A stretch of DNA of 62,659 nucleotides, counting the filler, from Candidatus Woesearchaeota archaeon (GTDB lineage: Archaea; Nanobdellota; Nanobdellia; Woesearchaeales; J072), in assembly GCA_003695265.1 (NCBI GenBank). It is 7 parts of 7 records of this genome, joined end to end, with 100 filler letters (N's around TTAATTAATTAA, not from the genome) between each part and the next. Parts side by side here need not be neighbours in the genome. Positions count along the whole stretch, not along the records: positions 8,251 to 12,798 come from RFII01000040.1; positions 12,899 to 36,633 come from RFII01000041.1; 5 more parts are not named here. One strand, given 5' to 3'. Shown here piece after piece: positions 10,300 through 17,711 of the stretch. The stretch's first letter is position 1. Each line of letters begins with the position of its first letter. The notes beneath the pieces are model-generated. The model ran no database searches. It was not told where the DNA came from and saw only the letters and a program-made list of their open reading frames with translations. A program made the translations under genes and the position numbers.

Positions 10300-10398
10300 T
10301 TTTTTACCTCCTATTGTTTTTGATATAGCTACCGCTGGATGAAAGCCAGCAGATTAGTCCTGTGTTTAGTTAAAGCTCACATTATTACCACCTCCAAA

Positions 10399-10956
10399 TC
10401 ATTTGGTTTCTTTAACAGGGGAATATTCTGAAAGCAGCTGACTCAAGGCATCATCACCCACCTTGATTTTATGCTCCCTCAAGTAAGCAGCAAGCTTTGA
10501 TCTCTCTGCGCTGATTCTCACCTTGTTGACTGCTTCTGAAACAAAATAGCCTACTGCCCCTCCAAAAACTGCCCCTATTGGGTGCCTCATCGCTCCGAAG
10601 CCGATTGCAGCACAACCAAGAATTGAGGCTAAAGTCACTTTGTCAAAATCATCTTTCCCGATTTCATCAATTCTTCTCAGACTTGATTCGTACCTTGAAA
10701 GTATCTCCCTTACTGCTGCTTCCTCTTCAGAGTCATGGTGCAGTTTTGCAAAAGTTTCTGTGCTTAGCAATCCGTAAATGTCACTGACATAAGCTGCTCT
10801 CAAAACCCCATTCTCCTCTTTCGCATACATCCTCCAAAGCCTGCCGTTCACATTCATGCTGTACCTTTCCTCATAGCCAGCATTCCTAATTGTTTGAACT
10901 AATTCGCCAAGGTCCATATCCCTAACTTTCATTTTTACCAACATCCCATCAAACAA
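10399..10956 (-). CDS. Hypothetical membrane protein with Gly-rich hairpin
   Basis: 185-aa ORF (true start may be ATG 10944 or 10932); hydrophobic segment ASILGCAAIGFG...GAVFGGAVGY. Confidence 0.7.
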   Translation of the reverse strand: MFDGMLVKMKVRDMDLGELVQTIRNAGYEERYSMNVNGRLWRMYAKEENGVLRAAYVSDIYGLLSTETFAKLHHDSEEEAAVREILSRYESSLRRIDEIGKDDFDKVTLASILGCAAIGFGAMRHPIGAVFGGAVGYFVSEAVNKVRISAERSKLAAYLREHKIKVGDDALSQLLSEYSPVKETK

Positions 10957-10977
10957 GTTCGGCCTTAAGACAAAACT

Positions 10978-11094
10978 TCACATGGCCCATGTGTATCCCT
11001 TCATGAAAGCTGCCTCCCAGCCGTCAATCTCATCATTATCAAGAAGCTCTTCCTGATAATGCTCATTGTATATTGTTTCATCTGCTTCTTTCAT
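10978..11094 (-). CDS. Small acidic protein, 38 aa (MKEADETIYNEHYQEELLDNDEIDGWEAAFMKGYTWAM)
   Basis: Not in ORF track; strong SD GGAGGTG upstream; 2 nt from the upstream small ORF. Confidence 0.72.
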   Translation of the reverse strand: MKEADETIYNEHYQEELLDNDEIDGWEAAFMKGYTWAM

Positions 11095-11096
11095 TA

Positions 11097-11237
11097 TCAA
11101 CACCTCCCATTGTAAATTTGGATTACTGGCGGAAGCACTGGCTTCCAGTCTTCCAAATCATTCAATGATTTGTGCTCTTCAAACACAAGCATCTCGATTC
11201 CATTTATTCTTCTAACTACTAATTTCACCCATTCCAC
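11097..11237 (-). CDS. Small hypothetical protein, 46 aa (MEWVKLVVRRINGIEMLVFEEHKSLNDLEDWKPVLPPVIQIYNGRC)
   Basis: Not in ORF track; GTG start after GAGGCTGGTGA; fills the space between the promoter region and the 38-aa ORF. Confidence 0.5.
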   Translation of the reverse strand: MEWVKLVVRRINGIEMLVFEEHKSLNDLEDWKPVLPPVIQIYNGRC

Positions 11238-11377
11238 TATCACCAGCCTCACCAAATTTTTTTGTTAACGCGCCTTTTTTAATATGTAATAAGCAAAAGA
11301 AATATAATAAACAGTTTAACATAATTTTCGTTTTTTCCGATAAATTTATATATAAAATTAGCTTTATTTGATAGAAA

Positions 11378-12412
11378 ATGAGTGAGAAACTTGGCAGGCT
11401 ATCCGGAGAGAAAGACTCGAGACTTAAGCTTGACTTGAAAGACCGCAAGATACTGTCTCTTCTTTCAGAAGACTCAAGAATGCCGTTAACGCAGATAGCA
11501 AAAAAAGTGCAGCTCTCAAGAGACTCTGTTAATTATAGGATAAACAGAATGAAAAGAAAAGGAGTAATCCTTAGGTTTTTTCCCATAATAGAGTTAAAGC
11601 AGTTCGGCTACCAGAATTATTTAGTGTACATGCTTCTTGATGAGAAAGACAAGGAGGACCAGAAAAGGTTTATCAGCGCGCTAAAATCACACCCTAACGT
11701 AAGAGCAATAATGGAGTACAGCGACCGCTGGGACATAGGTCTTGTTATTGTGGCAAAAGGACTCCTGGATTTTGATAATGTCATAACAGACATTATGAAC
11801 ATCAGCAACGACCTTGTCATTGAGAAAGAAAAGTTAGCGGTTATAAAAGAGTATCACAACATACATTTGCCTCAAAAGTTTTACTGGGACATAAAGCATG
11901 AGTTCAAGCACAGGGGCAGCCTAAAAGAAAAAGTCAAGATGGATGAGACAGACTTCAAAATAATGAGGATTCTTTCAAAAGACGCCCGATTGTCAACAGT
12001 GATTATTGGAGAGAGGCTTGGGATAAGTCCTGATGCTGTGAGTTACAGAATAAAAAATTTGCTCAAAAACAACGTGATTAAAAGATTTAGTGTTCTCGTG
12101 GACTTGTCAAAGCTGAATTATAACTGGTACACTTACTGCATAAGCACGAAGGTTTTTGATGAAAAGGCAGACATAAAAATAAAAGGGTTCATAAGAAAGC
12201 ACCCGTACATACTAAAGGCTGTCAAGACCGTTGGAAACTGGGATTTGGTACTGCAAATAGTAACAGAAGGCCAAAAAATGTTTCACAGCATAGTTAAAGA
12301 AATAAAGAACGAGTTCGCTTCCATAATAAAAACGTACGAGACAAACATAGCTTACAAAGAGCACTTGTACGAGCCTTTTCCAGAAGTAATAAAGTTTGAT
12401 TCTAAAGAGTGA
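11378..12412 (+). CDS. Tandem (double) Lrp/AsnC-family transcriptional regulator
   Basis: Two HTH-RAM repeats: LDLKDRKILSLLSEDSR...YRINRM and MDETDFKIMRILSKDAR...YRIKNL. Confidence 0.9.
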   Translation: MSEKLGRLSGEKDSRLKLDLKDRKILSLLSEDSRMPLTQIAKKVQLSRDSVNYRINRMKRKGVILRFFPIIELKQFGYQNYLVYMLLDEKDKEDQKRFISALKSHPNVRAIMEYSDRWDIGLVIVAKGLLDFDNVITDIMNISNDLVIEKEKLAVIKEYHNIHLPQKFYWDIKHEFKHRGSLKEKVKMDETDFKIMRILSKDARLSTVIIGERLGISPDAVSYRIKNLLKNNVIKRFSVLVDLSKLNYNWYTYCISTKVFDEKADIKIKGFIRKHPYILKAVKTVGNWDLVLQIVTEGQKMFHSIVKEIKNEFASIIKTYETNIAYKEHLYEPFPEVIKFDSKE

Positions 12413-12414
12413 AG

Positions 12415-12588
12415 TAGCGGGGGGAGGAATTTCATCAGCGGTCTGCAAAACAGTGTTCTGCCATTCAGCGTTCCACGTTCAGAACACTGAACGCTTATTC
12501 AGGCCGCTGCTTTTGAACCTCCGACCTGAGGGTTTCTTAAGCAAAGGCTTATGAGCCCTCCGGGCACTCCTGGCTGCCCTACCCCGCT
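12415..12588 (-). tRNA. Initiator tRNA-Met(CAT) with two introns (37/38: 12534-12549, 16 nt; 59/60: 12429-12511, 83 nt)
   Basis: Acceptor AGCGGGG/CCCCGCT with A1-U72; anticodon stem GAGGG/CCCTC; T-stem GGAGG/CCTCC. Cutting TTCA-AA^A and TGAA-AT^T restores loop TTCAAAT. Confidence 0.92.
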
Positions 12589-12798
12589 GTAAAACCAGAA
12601 AAAATCAGGTTTCTATATAAGCTTTTTGATTTTTTTATAGAGGGCATGCTTAATCAAGTTCTTATTATAACCTTCTCAATAATCTTGTGAAATTATCTTC
12701 GCAAGTTATGGATTCATATTTTATTTGCTTATTTAATTTGTTTCTTGGTTAAATGTATTTCTAAGGCAACCCTCTTGGAATTTCAAAAAACTTTAAAT

Positions 12799-12898
12799 NN
12801 NNNNNNNNNNNNNNNNNNNNNNNNNNNNNNNNNNNNNNNNNNTTAATTAATTAANNNNNNNNNNNNNNNNNNNNNNNNNNNNNNNNNNNNNNNNNNNN
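12799..12898. other. Artificial contig spacer
   Basis: N44-TTAATTAATTAA-N44. Confidence 0.97.
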
Positions 12899-12899
12899 A

Positions 12900-13592
12900 A
12901 TGAAGAGAGAAAATGTGAGATGTGACTTAAGAGACCCTTTTGTAGTGTATTCTGATGCTCACGCAGACTTAGGAAGCCTTGCTAGAGCTTTGGCAAAAAC
13001 GCCGATGTCTGTAAGGTGCAGGATATGCTTAGGAGACACGATAGGCTATGGCAAAAAGCCAGCGCCAACTTTAGAGCTAGCAAAAGCAACAATGGATGTT
13101 CACTTGATGGGAAACCATGAGTACGCTGCTATTGACCCTGAGTTTAGAAACACGCATATGAACAGAGAGGCTCGCAAATCAGTTGAGCAGCATGCGGAAG
13201 AGATAGGTCCTGAAAACATAGAATTCATCAAAGGCCTTGAGCAAAAGCTAAGCGTTGGAGATTACTTTTTTGTTCACGGCTCCTTGAGGAATCCTTGGGA
13301 TTACGTTTATTTTATAAGTGACGCAGAGCAAATGTTCCAAGACGGAGATTTTAGGGTTGCCTTTGTTGGAAATACTCATATCCCAACAATCTTTGAACTG
13401 CAAAAAGATGGGTTGGTTGTGGCTCGTGAAGTGCCAGAGAATTATGCCTTGGCCAAATTTGAGCTTAACCCAAGATCAAGGTACATAATAAATGTTCCCT
13501 CTGTGTCTAGGCCGAGAAAGGGTTATGAAAAAGGTGGTTTTGTAACAGTGCATAGAAATATTGTGAATTTCAATTGGTTTGAATTGGGTTAG
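12900..13592 (+). CDS. Metallophosphoesterase (calcineurin-like; YfcE/PPP-phosphatase-like)
   Basis: SDAH, LGDTIGYG, GNHE, VHGS, GNTH, INVPSV motifs; starts at the contig edge. Confidence 0.85.
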   Translation: MKRENVRCDLRDPFVVYSDAHADLGSLARALAKTPMSVRCRICLGDTIGYGKKPAPTLELAKATMDVHLMGNHEYAAIDPEFRNTHMNREARKSVEQHAEEIGPENIEFIKGLEQKLSVGDYFFVHGSLRNPWDYVYFISDAEQMFQDGDFRVAFVGNTHIPTIFELQKDGLVVAREVPENYALAKFELNPRSRYIINVPSVSRPRKGYEKGGFVTVHRNIVNFNWFELG

Positions 13593-14925
13593 ACTGCCTT
13601 TCAAGAAACTCTAAATAAATCTTGTTTGACTCTGCCACTTTCTCTCTTATAAAAGTTTCAAGATGTCCTGGGTCAATGCTGAAGCGCTCTCTTAAGAAGG
13701 TTTTGTTATTAGCAATAAGCAAATTGTCTATTTCACGCTGCTTTTTTTTGTATTCTTCCTTAATCATCTTGAACTTGTCCATGATTCCAAGAGCAAAAAG
13801 CTCGCCTAAATGATCAAGGTTTTCTTTTACTATTTGATTGGGTATATTTGCCAATCCAGAGCATTCATAAGTCCCATGCGTGCCAAAAGAAAAGCGGTTT
13901 ATGTTGGAAAAAAAATCAAAGTCTGACTCGTCAATAGAATAATCAATGTTGTAGACAGGACTTGCTTCTTTTTTCAGTTTAGAAAAGTTTTTTCTTCTTA
14001 GTTTCCTTAATCGCTCTAAGTCAACGCGAATATTAATGTATCTGTCGTTAAGGTTGGCAATAGCACCTGAAATGCAGGCAAAACCTAAAAAATAGATAAA
14101 CCTCTCAATTAGGTCATATTCCTTAATTCTTGATATGAAATGACAGTCATGACCTTCTTTGTATTCCATCATCAAAAAGCTCATCCCATCCTTTCCTATT
14201 GGCAAAGTATCTATTAAAACAGAATTTATGTTTAGGAGGTAAAATAATTTAGAAACAAAAAGCTCATCCTTGCTTTTTTCAGCTCCTCTTGGCATAAAGG
14301 CCTTTGTTATAAATCTGACAAAAATCCGCCTGTGAACATTATAGCATATATGCATTAAAACAATGTTTGACGACTCGAATTTAAGTGAGAAAAGGTAAAC
14401 CAGCTTTTGCTTGGTCAGCTTTGCGTATATGCCAGCAACCCTCTTAAATTCTTCCAGGTCATAATCAAACTCTTTTGCATAACCCTTCTGGAGTATTGAG
14501 TGAATATCGCGTGCGAACTCAACATTATAAGGGTGGAAAAGAACAGAATGCTTCTTCTTCATAAACTCAAAACCCTCTGGGTTGCGGCGCTGCGTTAAGG
14601 AGAGTATGAGCAAAGGCTCCCTTATATTAAACCATGATGCTATTTGAATTAACTGGCTGTTAACCTCATCAGTGGTTATTCTCTTAAAATCCTCAGGAGG
14701 CTCCCTGTCAAAATCAACATAAAGTTTTTTTAACAAATCATACAAATCCTCAAGGATTTTCTGTTTCTGCTCATCACCCAAAAGGGCTTCGTGGTAAAGA
14801 AGAAATTCCAGTGCCTTGATCAGCCTTCCCAGCTTTTTTCGGTCCTCATGATTCCTGAAAAATATTGACTGGTGATAAGGGAGGAGGTTCCTCCTTATAA
14901 TCAGAATAGCATCTTGGAGGTTCAT
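13570..14925 (-). CDS. Putative PI3/PI4-kinase-like (atypical kinase fold) protein
   Basis: Colinear motifs FITK, KDELFVSKLFYLLN, LPIG..G..LMMEY, ANLNDRYINI, YNIDYS and FLRERF resemble the PI3/PI4K catalytic domain (by eye). Confidence 0.55.
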   Translation of the reverse strand: MNLQDAILIIRRNLLPYHQSIFFRNHEDRKKLGRLIKALEFLLYHEALLGDEQKQKILEDLYDLLKKLYVDFDREPPEDFKRITTDEVNSQLIQIASWFNIREPLLILSLTQRRNPEGFEFMKKKHSVLFHPYNVEFARDIHSILQKGYAKEFDYDLEEFKRVAGIYAKLTKQKLVYLFSLKFESSNIVLMHICYNVHRRIFVRFITKAFMPRGAEKSKDELFVSKLFYLLNINSVLIDTLPIGKDGMSFLMMEYKEGHDCHFISRIKEYDLIERFIYFLGFACISGAIANLNDRYINIRVDLERLRKLRRKNFSKLKKEASPVYNIDYSIDESDFDFFSNINRFSFGTHGTYECSGLANIPNQIVKENLDHLGELFALGIMDKFKMIKEEYKKKQREIDNLLIANNKTFLRERFSIDPGHLETFIREKVAESNKIYLEFLERQSNPIQTN

Positions 14926-14967
14926 ACAACAAACTTATTTGATTATTGGTATAAATAATTTATTAAA

Positions 14968-15082
14968 AGCCCCGGGCGAGACTTTCAAGCTGGTGCCCAC
15001 CATTACTGGTTTTGTCACCAACTAATTGAACTCGCGACCTTCCGCTTACCAAGCGGACGCTCTACCACTAAGCCACCGGAGC
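14968..15082 (-). tRNA. tRNA-Thr(GGT) with 43-nt 59/60 intron (14982-15024)
   Basis: Acceptor GCTCCGG/CCGGGGC; TCCGC-TTGGTAA-GCGGA anticodon arm; BHB TTCA-AT^T...AGTTGGTG/CACCAGCT...TGAA-AG^T. Confidence 0.92.
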
Positions 15083-15153
15083 ATAGGATGTTAGAATTTG
15101 TATTTTGTTTATAAATCTTTTTGTAAAAAATGAATAGTAAATTTAATATTTTG

Positions 15154-15179
15154 CAAGGGGAAGTATCCCCTTGGACCCC
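15154..15179 (-). repeat. REP-like hairpin GGGGTC-CAAGGGGA-TACT-TCCCCTTG
   Basis: Perfect 8-bp stem preceded by GGGGT; similar copy at 52411-52437. Confidence 0.55.
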
Positions 15180-15260
15180 TCTCTGCTGTGAGGTGTTCAA
15201 ATGTGGAATAACCTTCATTGTAAAATATTTCAGGATTAGACACTTAATAATTATTTAAGA

Positions 15261-15821
15261 TTATTCTTTCCACTTAATCGAGCATCCTATAGAGGGTATG
15301 AATGATTGCTCAAGTTTTTCGCCGTTAAGCACTTTTCTGATTACAACATCCATAGTTTTCTCAGTTATTGGCTGGCCTGGCTCCATCTCATCATTTATTC
15401 TGCCGTGAAAAACAAGTTTTCTTTCCTCATCAAACAAGAAAGGGTCTGGAGTGCAGCTAGCGCCGTACGCCTTGGCGACTTCTTGCGTCTCATCAACAGC
15501 ATACACAAAGTTTATGCCTTTTTCCTCAACAAGCCTTTGCATATTCTCAAAGCTGTCCTCAGGATAATTTGTGGGGTCATTGCTGTTTATTCCGATTATT
15601 GCCAAATCATCATTATATTTTTCCTGCAATTCCTTAAGGGGCTCAATTTTTGGCTTTACATAAGGGCAGTGGTTGCACATGAACACAACGAGAAGCAATT
15701 TTTTGTCCTTGAAAGAGTCAAGAGTGTAGATCTTGCCGTCTGTTCCTTTGACGCTGAAATCAGGAGCTTTTGCGCCGATTTCCAGCATTTTGTTTGACTC
15801 AGTCAAAACCATGCTTATCAC
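15261..15821 (-). CDS. Thioredoxin-fold protein (AhpC/TSA, PRX-like)
   Basis: APDF, FMCNHCPYV, INSND, YGASCTPD, GRIND, IGCSIKW. Confidence 0.9.
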   Translation of the reverse strand: MISMVLTESNKMLEIGAKAPDFSVKGTDGKIYTLDSFKDKKLLLVVFMCNHCPYVKPKIEPLKELQEKYNDDLAIIGINSNDPTNYPEDSFENMQRLVEEKGINFVYAVDETQEVAKAYGASCTPDPFLFDEERKLVFHGRINDEMEPGQPITEKTMDVVIRKVLNGEKLEQSFIPSIGCSIKWKE

Positions 15822-15828
15822 CTCGTAA

Positions 15829-15926
15829 TGCGGGGGGCGGGATTTGAACCCACGAACCCACTAAGGGACAGGATTTCTTACCAAGACTTAAGTCCTGCGC
15901 ATTTGACCAGGCTTTGCTACCCCCGC
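15829..15926 (-). tRNA. tRNA-Leu(TAA) with 12-nt 37/38 intron (15875-15886)
   Basis: Acceptor GCGGGGG/CCCCCGC; CAGGA/TCCTG anticodon stem; long variable arm; BHB helix CTTA/TAAG. Confidence 0.93.
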
Positions 15927-16018
15927 AGCAAAAACAAGAATAGGTGATTACACCTATTATATAAATTTTCTTTTTAAAAATAAAAAAACTTTTTACAAGA
16001 TGAGAAATTTAAACATAT

Positions 16019-16519
16019 TTAATAACGTTGCAAATTCAAGAATGACTTTATCATGTCATGAATGTGGTTTGTTTCTTTCTCAAGCTCTTTCTCGAACTGT
16101 GTTGTGTAAATTTTGTAAATAAACTTGTCAAATAATGTTCTTATCAAAAAGTATGTTGGCTTTTGCTCCCACCTGTGCTCGTAATCAGTCTCGAGGAAGC
16201 TGTCAAAAATCATTTCGACTTTTCCCTTTTGCATCTTTATTTTCAGGCCGTCCTTCTCAACCACCACGTCTTGAAGGCCGTAAAAGAACATTCTTATCTT
16301 AATCACAAGCTTGGCGTAATCAGTTATTTTTTTGTAAGGCTGAATTTCAAGCTCAATGTTTTTACCATCAGGAGTTGTCTGCTCAAAATTCCTCACTTCC
16401 CTCTTATCGTACTGCTTCTCCCTGAAGTACTGGTCAATCATTGAGTAAAGCTCAGGCACGTTCATAAGGCCCTCATAAGCAAGCCTTAATTCCTCGACAA
16501 CAAATTTGTACTCAGACAT
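16019..16519 (-). CDS. Hypothetical protein (paralog of 16529-17050)
   Basis: 166 aa; shared pattern LxYxG...LY...F....F.E...K.T.....I.....L..V.....G. Confidence 0.8.
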   Translation of the reverse strand: MSEYKFVVEELRLAYEGLMNVPELYSMIDQYFREKQYDKREVRNFEQTTPDGKNIELEIQPYKKITDYAKLVIKIRMFFYGLQDVVVEKDGLKIKMQKGKVEMIFDSFLETDYEHRWEQKPTYFLIRTLFDKFIYKIYTTQFEKELEKETNHIHDMIKSFLNLQRY

Positions 16520-16528
16520 TGCAAAAAC

Positions 16529-17050
16529 CTAAAACATTGGGTAAGCGTGGGATTTGGAGTAAAAATCAAGGTATTCCTTCGTCCTTTTGTGCAGGTTCAA
16601 TATCATATAATCAAGCTTGTCAACATGAATGGTTTCCACCTCTTTTTTTATTATGTGGTTCCTTATAAAAGTTTCTATCTTTTTCCTAAACTCCGAGTGC
16701 TCAAATTGACCGGCATAATCAATAACAACGCTTCCGCTGAAATCTATTAAAAAGCGCGCCCTGTTGGTTTGCTCTTTTTTCCCATCTTTCATTATCTCAA
16801 CCTCTTCAAGATCCCATATGTGAAATTCAACATTGATAACGTACATTATGAAGCCTGTTACTTTTCTCTCAGCGTACCACTTAATCTCTATTTCGGGAAG
16901 CACTGGCTTGATTTTGTCTTTGTATAGTTTTTCGTGAAACTCAAACTCTCTCTCCTGAAACCACTCATTCATAGTTTTGTAAAGTCCTTGCCAAGAGAAT
17001 ATTCCAGCATACTTAAGACGGCTTCTTGGTATATCATATCTGAACGTCAT
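16529..17050 (-). CDS. Hypothetical protein (paralog of 16019-16519)
   Basis: 173 aa; LKYAGIFSWQGLY...WFQE..FEFHEK; own TATA (TTTAAATA) near 17075-17082. Confidence 0.8.
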   Translation of the reverse strand: MTFRYDIPRSRLKYAGIFSWQGLYKTMNEWFQEREFEFHEKLYKDKIKPVLPEIEIKWYAERKVTGFIMYVINVEFHIWDLEEVEIMKDGKKEQTNRARFLIDFSGSVVIDYAGQFEHSEFRKKIETFIRNHIIKKEVETIHVDKLDYMILNLHKRTKEYLDFYSKSHAYPMF

Positions 17051-17113
17051 GATATTAAGAATTTGTTGAGAATGGTATTTAAACTTTTTGATACAGAAAA
17101 AAGATAAAGGTGA

Positions 17114-17677
17114 TTAAACGTTTTTTTTGCAATTAGGGCAAACAGAAGAATTGTTTATTTGGGATATGTTTTTTGTGTATTCGCCGCACAATTCACAAAC
17201 ACCCTCCTTGTCCCATGAGCCAAATATTGGCTTTTGGTCTTCTTCTCGTAATTCAAACCGTTCTACTAAAAGCTCAAAGAGTGCGGGCTCAATTTTAAGA
17301 ATGTCTTTTAAAGTTAGCAAGCCGATTATCTCATTATCATTGAGCACTGGCAGATGCCTTATGTTTAAGTCGCGCATCTTAACCAAAGCTTCGTAAATGT
17401 CTTTTTCCGGCTCAACGCTTATGACATTAGGTTCCATTATCTCACTGACTTTTACTTTTAAAGGATTCATCCCTTTTGCCATGCTTTTCCTTACAATGTC
17501 CTGCTCTGTTATTATGCCCTGAATCTTATTATCTGAGTGAATGAGAAGAGCTCCGACATGGTTTTCTGCCATTATTTTAGCACATTCTTTCAGAGTGGTA
17601 TCAGGAGTAACAGAGACAGGTTTTTTTGTCATTGCATCGCAAACCTTAAACCCAGTTCTCATCAAACCACCAATCAT
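17114..17677 (-). CDS. CBS-pair protein with C-terminal Zn ribbon
   Basis: Two CBS repeats (GIITEQDI; RHLPV...GLLTLKDI) plus CELC...CPNC. Confidence 0.92.
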   Translation of the reverse strand: MIGGLMRTGFKVCDAMTKKPVSVTPDTTLKECAKIMAENHVGALLIHSDNKIQGIITEQDIVRKSMAKGMNPLKVKVSEIMEPNVISVEPEKDIYEALVKMRDLNIRHLPVLNDNEIIGLLTLKDILKIEPALFELLVERFELREEDQKPIFGSWDKEGVCELCGEYTKNISQINNSSVCPNCKKNV

Positions 17678-17694
17678 AAAGAATGTTTAGAGAA

Positions 17695-17711
17695 TATTTA
17701 AATGTTGTGCT
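17695..17711 (-). promoter_or_regulatory. BRE-TATA core AGCACAACATTTAAATA upstream of the CBS gene
   Basis: TTTAAATA box at promoter distance; identical to 19610-19626. Confidence 0.6.

Noticed and set aside
10377..10379. TGA as selenocysteine or genome-wide stop recoding
   Set aside because: TGA terminates many conserved genes here at expected lengths, and no SECIS evidence was seen
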